Source: an uncultured Ruminococcus sp.
GTDB taxonomy: Bacteria > Bacillota > Clostridia > Oscillospirales > Acutalibacteraceae
Length of the DNA stretch: 64,000 nt
Assembly: GCA_905235715.1 (NCBI GenBank)
Contig: CAJONB010000001.1
Coordinates: forward strand, 5,714 to 69,713
Direction: 5' to 3'
Part shown: positions 49,142 to 58,221 of the stretch, piece after piece
Layout of the letters: each line of letters begins with the position of its first letter
Position numbering within the stretch: the first letter of the stretch is position 1
Notes under the pieces: generated by a model
Seen by the model: the letters and a program-made list of their open reading frames with translations, nothing else
Databases searched by the model: none
Told to the model about the DNA's origin: nothing
Program-made: the position numbers and the translations under genes

Positions 49142-50292
49142 TGATTTATCTGGATAATGCTGCGACAACCTCGCCGAAGCCCGATACTGTCGTCAGAGAG
49201 GTAGACCGCGCCCTGCGGCTATATTCCGCCAACCCCGGCAGAGGAGGGCATACACCCTCAGTTACGACTGCTAAGGCTGTTTATAACGTTAGAAAATCGG
49301 TAAAGGATTTCTTTCATGTAAAAAGCGAAGAAGACGTCATTTTCACGTCGGGCTGTACGCAAGCTCTCAATATTGTCATCAAAGGTACCCTAAAGCGCGG
49401 CGACCATGTTGTCATTTCTTCTATGGAGCATAATGCCGTATTGCGCCCGCTTCATCAGTTGAAGGAACAGGGAAAAATCAACTACACGATAGCCGACGTC
49501 GTTGCCGGAGACAACGACGCGACTGTCAACGCATTTCGTAACGCGATTAATGAGCATACGAGAATGATTATCTGTACGCATGCGTCCAATGTATTCGGCG
49601 TGCGGCTTCCTGTCGAGCGTATCTGTGCTTTGGCGCATAATTACGGAATCCTGTTCTGCCTTGACGCAGCACAGAGTGCGGGAATCTTCGATGTAAATCT
49701 GTCTGATAACGGTTATGATTATGTTTGCTGTGCGGGACACAAAAGCCTGTACGGGCCGATGGGAACCGGCTTATTACTACTCGGAAATGACATTCGTTTA
49801 GAGCCGCTGACTGCAGGCGGAACGGGGAGCGATTCCGCTAATCCGCTTATGCCCGAATATTATCCCGACCGGTTGGAAAGCGGTACGTTGAATATACCCG
49901 GTATCTGCGGTCTGGGAACAGGCATCCGTTTTGTGAATACGAGAGGCAGAGAGAATATTGCGCGGCATGAAATGCGGCTGGTTCAACATCTGTACCGTGA
50001 ACTCTCAAGAACCGACAAAGTAATGCTGTATACTCCCGCGCCGGAGATCGACGAATACGCCCCCGTTTTGTCCTTTAACATTGAGGGAAGCGACAGTGAA
50101 GCAGTTTCAGCATTCTTGAACCGCCGTTACGGCATTGCAGTGCGCGCGGGTCTGCATTGCGCTCCGCTGGCTCACAAAGCGTTTGGCACGTTAGAAAGCG
50201 GAGCCGTCAGAATCGCTCCGTCAGCTTTTTCGACAGAAAGAGATATTGAAATTCTCCTAAAAGCGGTGAAGAATTTTATCCATACAACTTGA
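49141..50292 (+). CDS. Cysteine desulfurase family, class V PLP aminotransferase
   Basis: IYLDNAATT, MEHNAV, THASNVFG, DAAQSAG, GHKSLYGPMGTG, RAGLHCAP. Confidence 0.92.
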   Translation: MIYLDNAATTSPKPDTVVREVDRALRLYSANPGRGGHTPSVTTAKAVYNVRKSVKDFFHVKSEEDVIFTSGCTQALNIVIKGTLKRGDHVVISSMEHNAVLRPLHQLKEQGKINYTIADVVAGDNDATVNAFRNAINEHTRMIICTHASNVFGVRLPVERICALAHNYGILFCLDAAQSAGIFDVNLSDNGYDYVCCAGHKSLYGPMGTGLLLLGNDIRLEPLTAGGTGSDSANPLMPEYYPDRLESGTLNIPGICGLGTGIRFVNTRGRENIARHEMRLVQHLYRELSRTDKVMLYTPAPEIDEYAPVLSFNIEGSDSEAVSAFLNRRYGIAVRAGLHCAPLAHKAFGTLESGAVRIAPSAFSTERDIEILLKAVKNFIHTT

Positions 50293-50378
50293 AATGCGCA
50301 TTTCTCTGTGTTACAATATAGATGATTATTGTAATCACTGGCTTTATGCAGCGAAATGATGTTTAAGGAATTCCTGTT

Positions 50379-51233
50379 ATGGATAGTTTTTTCTCGACAA
50401 TTTGGGCGATACTGTCGACTTTTCAGTTTAAAGACGCAATTGATATTCTCGCCGTTTCAATGATTCTTTATTACCTTTTCAAGCTCTTCCGTCAGAGCAG
50501 AGCGGGTCAGCTTGTCAAGGGCGTTGTTGTACTGCTGATTGTGTACGCGATATCAGCTTTGCTCAGTCTGACGATGGTCAACTATATTTTAAAGGCGCTG
50601 TTTGAATTCTCTGTTATTATCATTGTAGTTGTATTCCAACCCGAGCTGCGACAAGCGTTGGAACGTCTCGGACGCAATAAAACGCTTAAAAATTTCGTCA
50701 GCTCCGGCTCGCAGGAACCGGAAACCGCCGTCTTTAAGGCGATTAATGACGTTGCCGACACCTGTGTCATGTTCTCCCGCTCCAAAACCGGCGCGTTGAT
50801 TGCTTTTGAGCGTGACAGCGTTTTGACGGAAATTGCCATCACCGGTACCGAGCTGAACAGCGATACCTCCGTTGAGCTGCTCGGTAATATCTTCTTCAAC
50901 AAGGCGCCGCTGCATGACGGTGCTTGCCTTATCAGAAACGGCAAGATCCTTGCCGCAGGATGTATTTTACCGCTGACAAAAAGCTTAGACGTCAACGCGG
51001 ATTTAGGTACGCGCCACCGTGCCGCAATCGGTCTTTCCGAGGAGAGTGACGCGGTTGTGGTCGTAGTATCCGAGGAAACAGGCGTTATCTCCATCGCTGT
51101 CGGAGGACGGCTGATCCGCGATTTAGACAGAACGACGCTGCACGAAAAACTTTCCGATTTGATTCTTCCCGGCGAAAGTGAGAAAAGCGATTTATTCTCT
51201 ACGCTGTTTAAGAACAGAAAGGAGAAGAAATAA
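50379..51233 (+). CDS. cdaA: Diadenylate cyclase CdaA
   Basis: Three N-terminal TMs, VFQPELRQALE, LHDGA, GTRHRAA. Confidence 0.96.
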   Translation: MDSFFSTIWAILSTFQFKDAIDILAVSMILYYLFKLFRQSRAGQLVKGVVVLLIVYAISALLSLTMVNYILKALFEFSVIIIVVVFQPELRQALERLGRNKTLKNFVSSGSQEPETAVFKAINDVADTCVMFSRSKTGALIAFERDSVLTEIAITGTELNSDTSVELLGNIFFNKAPLHDGACLIRNGKILAAGCILPLTKSLDVNADLGTRHRAAIGLSEESDAVVVVVSEETGVISIAVGGRLIRDLDRTTLHEKLSDLILPGESEKSDLFSTLFKNRKEKK

Positions 51234-52522
51234 TGAAAAAAGAAGGCTTTTTAGCACGACTCTTCTCCCACAATTTTGTTCTTATAATTATTTCGTTTTT
51301 ACTCTCGTTTATTGCTTGGTTTATTATCAACTTAAATGCAGAAACGGAAACGAATGTTACGATTTCCAATATTCCTGTTTCAATTTCTCTGCCCGATACG
51401 GCGGTTGAAAAAGGCTTTCAGATTTTTAACGATACGGAATATACCGCTTCGGTTGAGGTAACCGGCAACCGCCTTACCGTCGGCTCGCTGACCCCATCTG
51501 ATATTGTGATTACCGCGAATCAGGTTTCTACGATTGACCATACCGACGAGTATATCCTTCCTTTATCCGCAAAAAAGGCAGGGATTAAGTCAGACTACAA
51601 CATCGTGTCGTCGGTAAACCCCTCCAGCATTACTGTCTTTGTTGATAAATTCAAGGAAAAGGATGTTCCGATTGATAAATCGCAGATGAAGGTGACTATC
51701 GACGAGGGCTACTATTCCGAAGTATCTATGTCGAACGATATCGTCCATCTGGAGGGCGCCGCAAGCAAGATTGACGAAATTGAAAAGGTCGCGATTGTCG
51801 ATACCATCAATTCCGAAGTTTCCACACCGTTGACGCTGCAGGAAAGTCTTGTCTTTTTTGATAAAAACGGGGATGAAATCGAGCTGCATTACGTAACGAC
51901 CGATTTGAAGTCGGTCGAGGTAACTGTATCTGCACAGCCGAGGAAGGATGTTTCGCTGGCTTTGAATGTGCTTAACGCTCCGAATAACGCTCCCAAAATA
52001 AAGTTAACGCCTGCCAAGCTCTCCATCTACGGCCCTAAGGAGCAAATAGATGCGATTGAAAACAACCGTATCACTATCGGAACGCTGGACTATAAGACCC
52101 TGACCAATAAGTCCTATCAAATTCCGTATGATATTTCGCTTCCCGAAGAATTGAAGGATTGTCATGTGATTTCTGAAGATACTGATACGGTGATCGCCAG
52201 CGTTGATTTATCTTCGTACAGCAGTACAACGGTTACGGCAGAGATAAACGTCAAAGTTGATACAAACAAATATACGGCAGAAATTGTGTCAAACGCAAAC
52301 GTGAAGTTGGATATATACGGACCGGAGAATTTGATTTCCAAAATTTCGGAGAATGATGTGACTGTTATCGCAGATGTTACCAAGCTGACCGACCAGCTTG
52401 ATGATAAAAATACAGTTTCCGTTAACGTACCGCTGACGGTTTCACTGGGCAAGGCTTACACGCAGTGCTGGGTATATTATGATACCAATCCCGCCAACAT
52501 TAACGTTACGCCGAATTCATAA
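51233..52522 (+). CDS. cdaR: CdaR/YbbR-like regulator
   Basis: Single N-terminal TM then beta-rich YbbR-like repeats; start overlaps the cdaA stop. Confidence 0.8.
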   Translation: MKKEGFLARLFSHNFVLIIISFLLSFIAWFIINLNAETETNVTISNIPVSISLPDTAVEKGFQIFNDTEYTASVEVTGNRLTVGSLTPSDIVITANQVSTIDHTDEYILPLSAKKAGIKSDYNIVSSVNPSSITVFVDKFKEKDVPIDKSQMKVTIDEGYYSEVSMSNDIVHLEGAASKIDEIEKVAIVDTINSEVSTPLTLQESLVFFDKNGDEIELHYVTTDLKSVEVTVSAQPRKDVSLALNVLNAPNNAPKIKLTPAKLSIYGPKEQIDAIENNRITIGTLDYKTLTNKSYQIPYDISLPEELKDCHVISEDTDTVIASVDLSSYSSTTVTAEINVKVDTNKYTAEIVSNANVKLDIYGPENLISKISENDVTVIADVTKLTDQLDDKNTVSVNVPLTVSLGKAYTQCWVYYDTNPANINVTPNS

Positions 52523-52660
52523 CACAAGAAATCGTGCGCACGCAGGGCGCAACTGAGCGGGGAATATAATGACAGGTGTTAAAACCATATTACACTTCGT
52601 ATAATACAGAAAAGACAAATATTAAATTATACAGATTGTTGTAATTTTCTGTCAAAAAAT

Positions 52661-52686
52661 AAAGGGACTGCGGCCGCAGTCCCTTT
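52661..52686. terminator. Perfect 26-bp palindrome, bidirectional terminator
   Basis: aaagggactgcggccgcagtcccttt. Confidence 0.8.
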
Positions 52687-52690
52687 TCAT

Positions 52691-53872
52691 TTAGTATCCT
52701 GTGTTTTTCAGATATTTATAACGGTTATTCTTCAGATATCCGCTGTACGTATCAACATCGTCACGGTGATAGTGAACACTGTGCACCAATCCAATTCCTA
52801 AAAGTACCGCAAGCGCTGACGTTCCGCCGGAGGAGAACAGCGGAAGAGTGATGCCGATAACAGGCAGCAGACCGAGAACCATACCGATGTTAATGATTGT
52901 CTGGACGGAAATCATCGCGAATACGCCGACGCAAAGCATCTTTCCGAGATAATCACGCGCCGTGAAGGCATCTCCGATAATCTTAATGCAAATCATCAGG
53001 ATAATTGCAAGCAACAGCAGACAGCCGACAAAGCCGAGTTCTTCGCCTGCGACCGTGAAGATAAAGTCGTTCTCCTGTTCGGGTACAATGCCTGCCGTGA
53101 CCCTGGCGCCGTTGCCGAGTCCCGTACCGCTCATACCGCCTGAGGCGATGGATACCTTTCCCTGATATTGCTGCCAGCCGTAGTTTGTCATCGCGTTTCC
53201 GTCGAGGTCGAAAATGGCTAAGAATCGGTTCTTTTGCTCCTCGTTAAGAACAAAGTTCCACATTATCGGTATTCCCGTCGCTACCAGCAAAATCATAATC
53301 AAAAAGTATCGCAGCTGCACACCGCCGACGAATGCCATGATAATGAAAATAAACAGAAATACCAGCACGGTGCCGTCGTCACCCTGAAAATGAATGATTG
53401 CAACGGGTATGGCTGTATGAATCAGCAGCGATAATACGCCGAACAGAGTATGAAGCTTCTCCTTTTCCTTTAGGATTTGCAGATGCTTGGAGAGCGTAAT
53501 GATAAAGAAAATCTTTACAAATTCAGACGGTTGGAAGGATAAGCCTCCCGGGAGTACGATCCACGCGGTATCGTCCGTACCCGTGACATTGACGCCGATA
53601 AAAAATACCAGAACCAATAATCCCAACGATAAAAACATCAGGAAAATCCACGTATCGGCAATCCGCTGATAATCAATGACGGTAAGAATAATCGCCGCAA
53701 TATAGCCGACAATGATTGCGAGTATTTGCGAGGTCAGGTAGTTGTAGTCGTAGCCCCGCTGCATGGACTGAATCAGGATAATACTGTACACAGTCGCCGC
53801 AATCGTCAGAAGCCAGAGTATTTTGTCTGTTTTAATAAAGAATTTTTTGAGCTTTTTCAGTAATGACTGCAT
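52691..53872 (-). CDS. SEDS family peptidoglycan glycosyltransferase (RodA/FtsW/SpoVE)
   Basis: SFQPSEFVK, QGDDGT, ASGG..GTG, PEQENDFIF, GEELGF, GITLPLFSSGGTS. Confidence 0.92.
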   Translation of the reverse strand: MQSLLKKLKKFFIKTDKILWLLTIAATVYSIILIQSMQRGYDYNYLTSQILAIIVGYIAAIILTVIDYQRIADTWIFLMFLSLGLLVLVFFIGVNVTGTDDTAWIVLPGGLSFQPSEFVKIFFIITLSKHLQILKEKEKLHTLFGVLSLLIHTAIPVAIIHFQGDDGTVLVFLFIFIIMAFVGGVQLRYFLIMILLVATGIPIMWNFVLNEEQKNRFLAIFDLDGNAMTNYGWQQYQGKVSIASGGMSGTGLGNGARVTAGIVPEQENDFIFTVAGEELGFVGCLLLLAIILMICIKIIGDAFTARDYLGKMLCVGVFAMISVQTIINIGMVLGLLPVIGITLPLFSSGGTSALAVLLGIGLVHSVHYHRDDVDTYSGYLKNNRYKYLKNTGY

Positions 53873-54034
53873 AATATCCTTTCACATTCTCTATATTCCT
53901 TTTTATTATATTCAATCGGTGCAATGAATTCAAGTAAAGAATGGTAACAAATTTTATTTAATTTTGTCATATAGCATTATTTTATTCTGAAAATATGATA
54001 CAATACTAAATCGATAGAATACGGAGAAGACTTT

Positions 54035-54475
54035 ATGTTCAGATTTGTTTCAAAATCAGTCGCGGATACCGAAGCACTCGGCGAAAGAATTGCCGCTGTC
54101 CTGCAAGGGACGGAGGAAATCGCGTTATTCGGTGATTTGGGCGCAGGAAAAACCGCTTTTACCCGCGGAATATGTAATGGCCTCGGGATTGAGGACGGCG
54201 TGTCAAGTCCGACGTTTGCGCTTGTCAACGCGTATCGCGGCAAATATGACGTTTATCATTTCGATATGTACCGTATCACGTCTGTTGACGATTTGTTTGC
54301 AATCGGCTTTTACGATTATGTTGACAACGGGATTCTGATTATCGAATGGAGCGAGAATATCATGAGCGAGCTGGAAGAAGACGCAATCTGCATCCGTATT
54401 TTCAAAAGCAATAATGAAAATGAACGTATCTTTGAAATAGAGGGGTTGGATAAGTATGCTGATATTATCTGTTGA
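54035..54475 (+). CDS. tsaE: t6A37 biosynthesis ATPase TsaE
   Basis: GDLGAGKTAF, VSSPTF, YHFDMYR, IIEW. Confidence 0.95.
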   Translation: MFRFVSKSVADTEALGERIAAVLQGTEEIALFGDLGAGKTAFTRGICNGLGIEDGVSSPTFALVNAYRGKYDVYHFDMYRITSVDDLFAIGFYDYVDNGILIIEWSENIMSELEEDAICIRIFKSNNENERIFEIEGLDKYADIIC

Positions 54476-55151
54476 TTCGTCGGCAACCCCCGCCTCCGTC
54501 TGCCTCTATGACGATAAGGTGCTTGCGGAGTATTATATCAACACCAAGCTGACACACAGCCAGACCCTGACGGCGATGATTGAATCCGTGCTGCAAATTA
54601 CAGGAAAACAAGCGAAGGACATCGATGTGTTTGCCGTGAACAGCGGTCCGGGCTCTTTTACCGGTGTGCGAATCGGCGTAAGCGCTGTCAAGGGCATGGC
54701 GTACGCAATGGACAGGCCTTGTGTGGCTGTTTCCACACTGCACTCCATGATTAATAATTTTTTAACTGAAAACGCCGTGATTTGTGCCTGCATGGACGCG
54801 CGGCGACAGCAGGTTTATAATGCCGTATACAGAATCAGCGAGGGCAGGGAAGAGCTGCTATGCTCTGACAGAGCGATTGCAATAGATGCCTTGATCGAAG
54901 AAATACAAGCATATCATGAAAAGGTGATTCTGGTCGGCGACGGAGCGGAATTGGTATATAATTCCTGTAAAGAATTAAACAACATTGTTCTCGCTCCCGC
55001 AAATTTACGTTATCAACGCGCGTCAGCGGTCGCGATGATTGCCGCTGAAAAGGCAAATAATCATAAAACGATAACTGCTGCGGCGTTGATGCCGTCATAT
55101 CTCAGACTCTCGCAGGCTGAGAGAGAACGTATGGAAAAACAGAAGGGATGA
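54456..55151 (+). CDS. tsaB: t6A37 biosynthesis protein TsaB
   Basis: ILSVDSS, HSQTL, GPGSFTGVRIG, MDARRQQVY, YLRLSQAERE. Confidence 0.95.
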   Translation: MLILSVDSSATPASVCLYDDKVLAEYYINTKLTHSQTLTAMIESVLQITGKQAKDIDVFAVNSGPGSFTGVRIGVSAVKGMAYAMDRPCVAVSTLHSMINNFLTENAVICACMDARRQQVYNAVYRISEGREELLCSDRAIAIDALIEEIQAYHEKVILVGDGAELVYNSCKELNNIVLAPANLRYQRASAVAMIAAEKANNHKTITAAALMPSYLRLSQAERERMEKQKG

Positions 55152-55154
55152 AAA

Positions 55155-55610
55155 ATGATAGCAATCGGCTGTGACCACGGCGGTCTGAATATCAAAACCG
55201 CCGTCATTGAGTATTTTAAGGAAAACGGTATTGAATATACCGACTACGGCTGTGATACGCCGGAAAGCGTCGATTATCCGCTTTATGCCTATCAGGTCGC
55301 GAAGTCCGTTTCTGACTGCAGCGCGCAATACGGAATTATTTGTTGCGGTACCGGTATCGGCGTATCAATGACCGCTAATAAGATAAAAGGAATCCGTGCC
55401 GCGGTTTGTACCGATGAATTTTGTGCGGAAATGACGCGCCGTCATAACGACGCAAATGTTCTCTGTATGGGCGGCAGAGTAATTGACGAAGCAAAAGCCG
55501 TTCAGCTCGCCGATATTTTTCTCCATACCGATTATGAGGGCGGCAGACACGATAAAAGGGTTCAGATGATTACTGATATTGAAAACGGTAATTTTGTGAT
55601 AAAAGATTAG
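55155..55610 (+). CDS. rpiB: Ribose-5-phosphate isomerase B
   Basis: IGCDHGG, ICCGTGIG, HNDANVLCMG, GGRHDKRV. Confidence 0.95.
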   Translation: MIAIGCDHGGLNIKTAVIEYFKENGIEYTDYGCDTPESVDYPLYAYQVAKSVSDCSAQYGIICCGTGIGVSMTANKIKGIRAAVCTDEFCAEMTRRHNDANVLCMGGRVIDEAKAVQLADIFLHTDYEGGRHDKRVQMITDIENGNFVIKD

Positions 55611-55625
55611 AAAGAAGGAATAAAA

Positions 55626-56318
55626 ATGAGTAAAGTAACCATATTTGACCACCCGCTGATTCAGCATAAGCTTTCGATTCTTCGTGATGAAAACACGGGA
55701 ACAAAAGAGTTCCGCGAGCTGATTTCCGAAATCTCTATGCTGATGTGCTATGAGGCGACCAGAAATCTGCCTCTCGAGGATGTTCAAATCAAGACCCCGA
55801 TGGCGCCGATGACCGCAAAGAAAATCGCCGGCCGTAAGCTGGCTTTCATTCCGATTCTCCGTGCAGGCTGCGGTATGCTGGACGCGATGCTGACGATGGT
55901 GCCTTCCGCAAAGGTCGGTCACATCGGTCTGTACAGAGATGAAGTCACGCACAAGCCGATTCAGTATTATAACAAACTTCCCGGCGACGTAAATGAGAGA
56001 GATGTATTTGTCCTCGACCCGATGCTCGCTACCGGCGGAAGCGCGGTTGACGCAATCGACATCATTAAGCGTTCGAACCCCCGCTCCATCAAGTTCCTTT
56101 GCATCATTGCCGCTCCGGAGGGAATCGAAGTTCTGACAAAGGCGCATCCCGATATTGATATTTTCTGCGCCGCCAAGGATGAATGTCTTAACGAAAATTG
56201 CTATATCCTGCCCGGCTTAGGTGATGCAGGCGACCGTATCTACGGCACCGACGTTGTCGGCGAGGTATCTGTTGATCAGCGCGGCAGTACCGTCAAGCTG
56301 CATTCTCAGATGAAATGA
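55626..56318 (+). CDS. upp: Uracil phosphoribosyltransferase with a C-terminal extension
   Basis: [39 protein letters not shown]. Confidence 0.96.
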   Translation: MSKVTIFDHPLIQHKLSILRDENTGTKEFRELISEISMLMCYEATRNLPLEDVQIKTPMAPMTAKKIAGRKLAFIPILRAGCGMLDAMLTMVPSAKVGHIGLYRDEVTHKPIQYYNKLPGDVNERDVFVLDPMLATGGSAVDAIDIIKRSNPRSIKFLCIIAAPEGIEVLTKAHPDIDIFCAAKDECLNENCYILPGLGDAGDRIYGTDVVGEVSVDQRGSTVKLHSQMK

Positions 56319-56827
56319 GAAAGCTGATACCGGTTACCGCTGTTGTCCTACTGATTGCATTTATCCTTTGCGCTTGCGGTTCTTCTAATCATTCCACAAC
56401 CTCTACCGAGGACGGTATCATGATCGAAGTCAAGGACGATAACGGTAATTTGAGCGGATACGAACGCCGCTATCATAATGATAACGGCGATGTCACGCGC
56501 CTTGATGTGTATGACGAGAATGAGACCTATCTGTACTATGTCATCTATGAATACGACGATGATAATCGTTTGATGTCGGAAACAAGGTACGGGGCAGAGG
56601 GATTTGCGGAATACCGCTATGTCTATACTTATGACGATGACGGAAATCTTACCGAAAAAGCAGTGGAGCATCCGCACGGCGAAGCGGAGGTCTACCACTA
56701 TGATACAAACGGTAATGAAACAGAACGTCTGTACTATGGCGCCGACGAGAAGCTTGCTAAACGCGAGGTTCTCGAAAACGGTCGATGGGTCACCTATGAC
56801 GCAGACGCAAACATTATTGAATCATAA
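56315..56827 (+). CDS. Lipoprotein with YD/RHS-like beta-hairpin repeats
   Basis: Lipobox ILCAC; repeats [27 protein letters not shown]. Confidence 0.7.
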   Translation: MRKLIPVTAVVLLIAFILCACGSSNHSTTSTEDGIMIEVKDDNGNLSGYERRYHNDNGDVTRLDVYDENETYLYYVIYEYDDDNRLMSETRYGAEGFAEYRYVYTYDDDGNLTEKAVEHPHGEAEVYHYDTNGNETERLYYGADEKLAKREVLENGRWVTYDADANIIES

Positions 56828-56836
56828 TACAGCAAA

Positions 56837-56865
56837 AGCCGCTTCCGGAAATTTCGGAAGCGGCT
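56837..56865. terminator. Terminator hairpin
   Basis: agccgcttccg / cggaagcggct. Confidence 0.75.
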
Positions 56866-56880
56866 GTGATTTTTCAATGA

Positions 56881-57114
56881 TTATTCTTCTGTGGGTTCTG
56901 CGTCAGCAACGGTTTCTTCCGCTTCTACGGGCTGTTCGTCCTCGAAAGGAACCTCAACGCCTTCTGCCTCGTAGTGAGGATTGTCCTTGTGTGCCCATTC
57001 TACTGCCTTGCTTGTACCGGCCTTAGCGGATTCTGCAATCGAAGCGCCGAGATCGCTGAAAGCGATGATAAATGACTTCGCTGTCTGTTTCCAAGAGCTT
57101 TTTAAATCTGACAT
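56881..57114 (-). CDS. Small hypothetical protein (amphipathic N-terminal helix, acidic tail)
   Basis: SD AAGGAGG before the ATG; MSDLKSSWKQTAKSF...EPTEE. Confidence 0.65.
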   Translation of the reverse strand: MSDLKSSWKQTAKSFIIAFSDLGASIAESAKAGTSKAVEWAHKDNPHYEAEGVEVPFEDEQPVEAEETVADAEPTEE

Positions 57115-57189
57115 ATTAATTTGCCTCCTTTTTTGGTTTGAGCCTATTATACGCCCGATTATCACAATTGTCAAATAAAAGCGATAAGA

Positions 57190-57990
57190 TTATCCGTTTT
57201 CCGACGCGAAAATCCAAGAGCCGATTGGTTCGGTTACGTCTATTCCCGCGAGATAACGCCGAAGCAGCATTGCGTCCCTCAGGCTGACAAATTTATCTCC
57301 TGTTACATCCGCTGTTGAAATATCATAGTCAAGTGCAGCGCCCGCAGAGATGCGCTGCATCAACGTTGCATCCAGGATGCTGACCTCAAAGTCACTGTCA
57401 GCGTCACCGACACAACCGGCGGAAGGCTCTATCGTGATATCCGTGTGCGGAAGGATGTCAGCGTTCGGAACGCTGTCATAATAGACGCTTATGTTATCCA
57501 TATTCATCATATATTGTATTGTATAGGCGATATCCGTCGTACCGGGTGCTGTCGCTTTAAACCGGAATCGGGCGAAAAATTGATTTGGTTTATTAAAAGC
57601 ACTGATCCCGTAGATGCGAGAAAAATTATAGTTAATCACGTTCGGATTTTTCGTATACATATAAACGCCGGCGTTATTGACCGCAGCCGGAAAACAATAG
57701 GATTCAAGGTCATTGTTGATGCCTGCCGTATGGGGAACAAAGGAAACAAACTCGGAATCATAATCCAGCTTAACCTGACCGTTGATGATTTTTATGTCGC
57801 CTGCATACAGACACACATAATAAACGAATTCGTTACCGACTTCTATCTCGACGGGATTCATGCCGTTAGCTGTAACAATTAATGTGTTTACAGCAGTTGA
57901 TTCCGTATCAGCTTCGACGGCGGACACAGCTGAGCAGACAGATGGTAAGATGAACAGCATCGTCAGCACGACACATAGGATTTTTTTCAC
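57190..57990 (-). CDS. Secreted cohesin-like plus dockerin protein (adaptor-scaffoldin-like)
   Basis: GTG after AAGGAGG; signal peptide; beta-sandwich VGNEFVYYV...LDYDSEFVSF...INYNFS...FARFRFKATAPGTTDI; dockerin GDADSDFEVSILDAT...ADVTGDKFVSLRDA. Confidence 0.72.
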   Translation of the reverse strand: MKKILCVVLTMLFILPSVCSAVSAVEADTESTAVNTLIVTANGMNPVEIEVGNEFVYYVCLYAGDIKIINGQVKLDYDSEFVSFVPHTAGINNDLESYCFPAAVNNAGVYMYTKNPNVINYNFSRIYGISAFNKPNQFFARFRFKATAPGTTDIAYTIQYMMNMDNISVYYDSVPNADILPHTDITIEPSAGCVGDADSDFEVSILDATLMQRISAGAALDYDISTADVTGDKFVSLRDAMLLRRYLAGIDVTEPIGSWIFASENG

Positions 57991-58029
57991 AGAGAAATCC
58001 TCCTTTTTTACCAATAATTTATCAATATA

Positions 58030-58058
58030 ATTATACGGTATTGCGTCTGTAGATTCAA
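58030..58058 (-). promoter_or_regulatory. sigma-A promoter of the cohesin-dockerin gene
   Basis: Minus strand TTGAAT, 17 nt, TATAAT. Confidence 0.65.
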
Positions 58059-58097
58059 GTTAAGGTTTTGTTATATGGTTAACAGTTTGTTACCGTT

Positions 58098-58116
58098 TAT
58101 ATATATATATATATAT
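58098..58116. repeat. (TA)9 dinucleotide simple sequence repeat
   Basis: 19-nt alternating run tatatatatatatatatat. Confidence 0.95.
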
Positions 58117-58168
58117 TGCGGATTAAATCTGAAAAAGTGAGTCAGCCTATGGAATAAGTGTAATGATA

Positions 58169-58197
58169 TTGCAAAGTTATGGACTTTATGGTATAAT
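58169..58197 (+). promoter_or_regulatory. sigma-A promoter of the DUF218 gene
   Basis: TTGCAA, 17 nt, TATAAT with TG extension. Confidence 0.7.
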
Positions 58198-58221
58198 AAG
58201 CCAAATTGTGAGGTTAGCCTT

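Noticed and set aside
56315-56827. YD-repeat gene as an RHS toxin-immunity system
   Set aside because: Only 170 aa, lipoprotein, no RHS core signature, toxin tip or secretion genes
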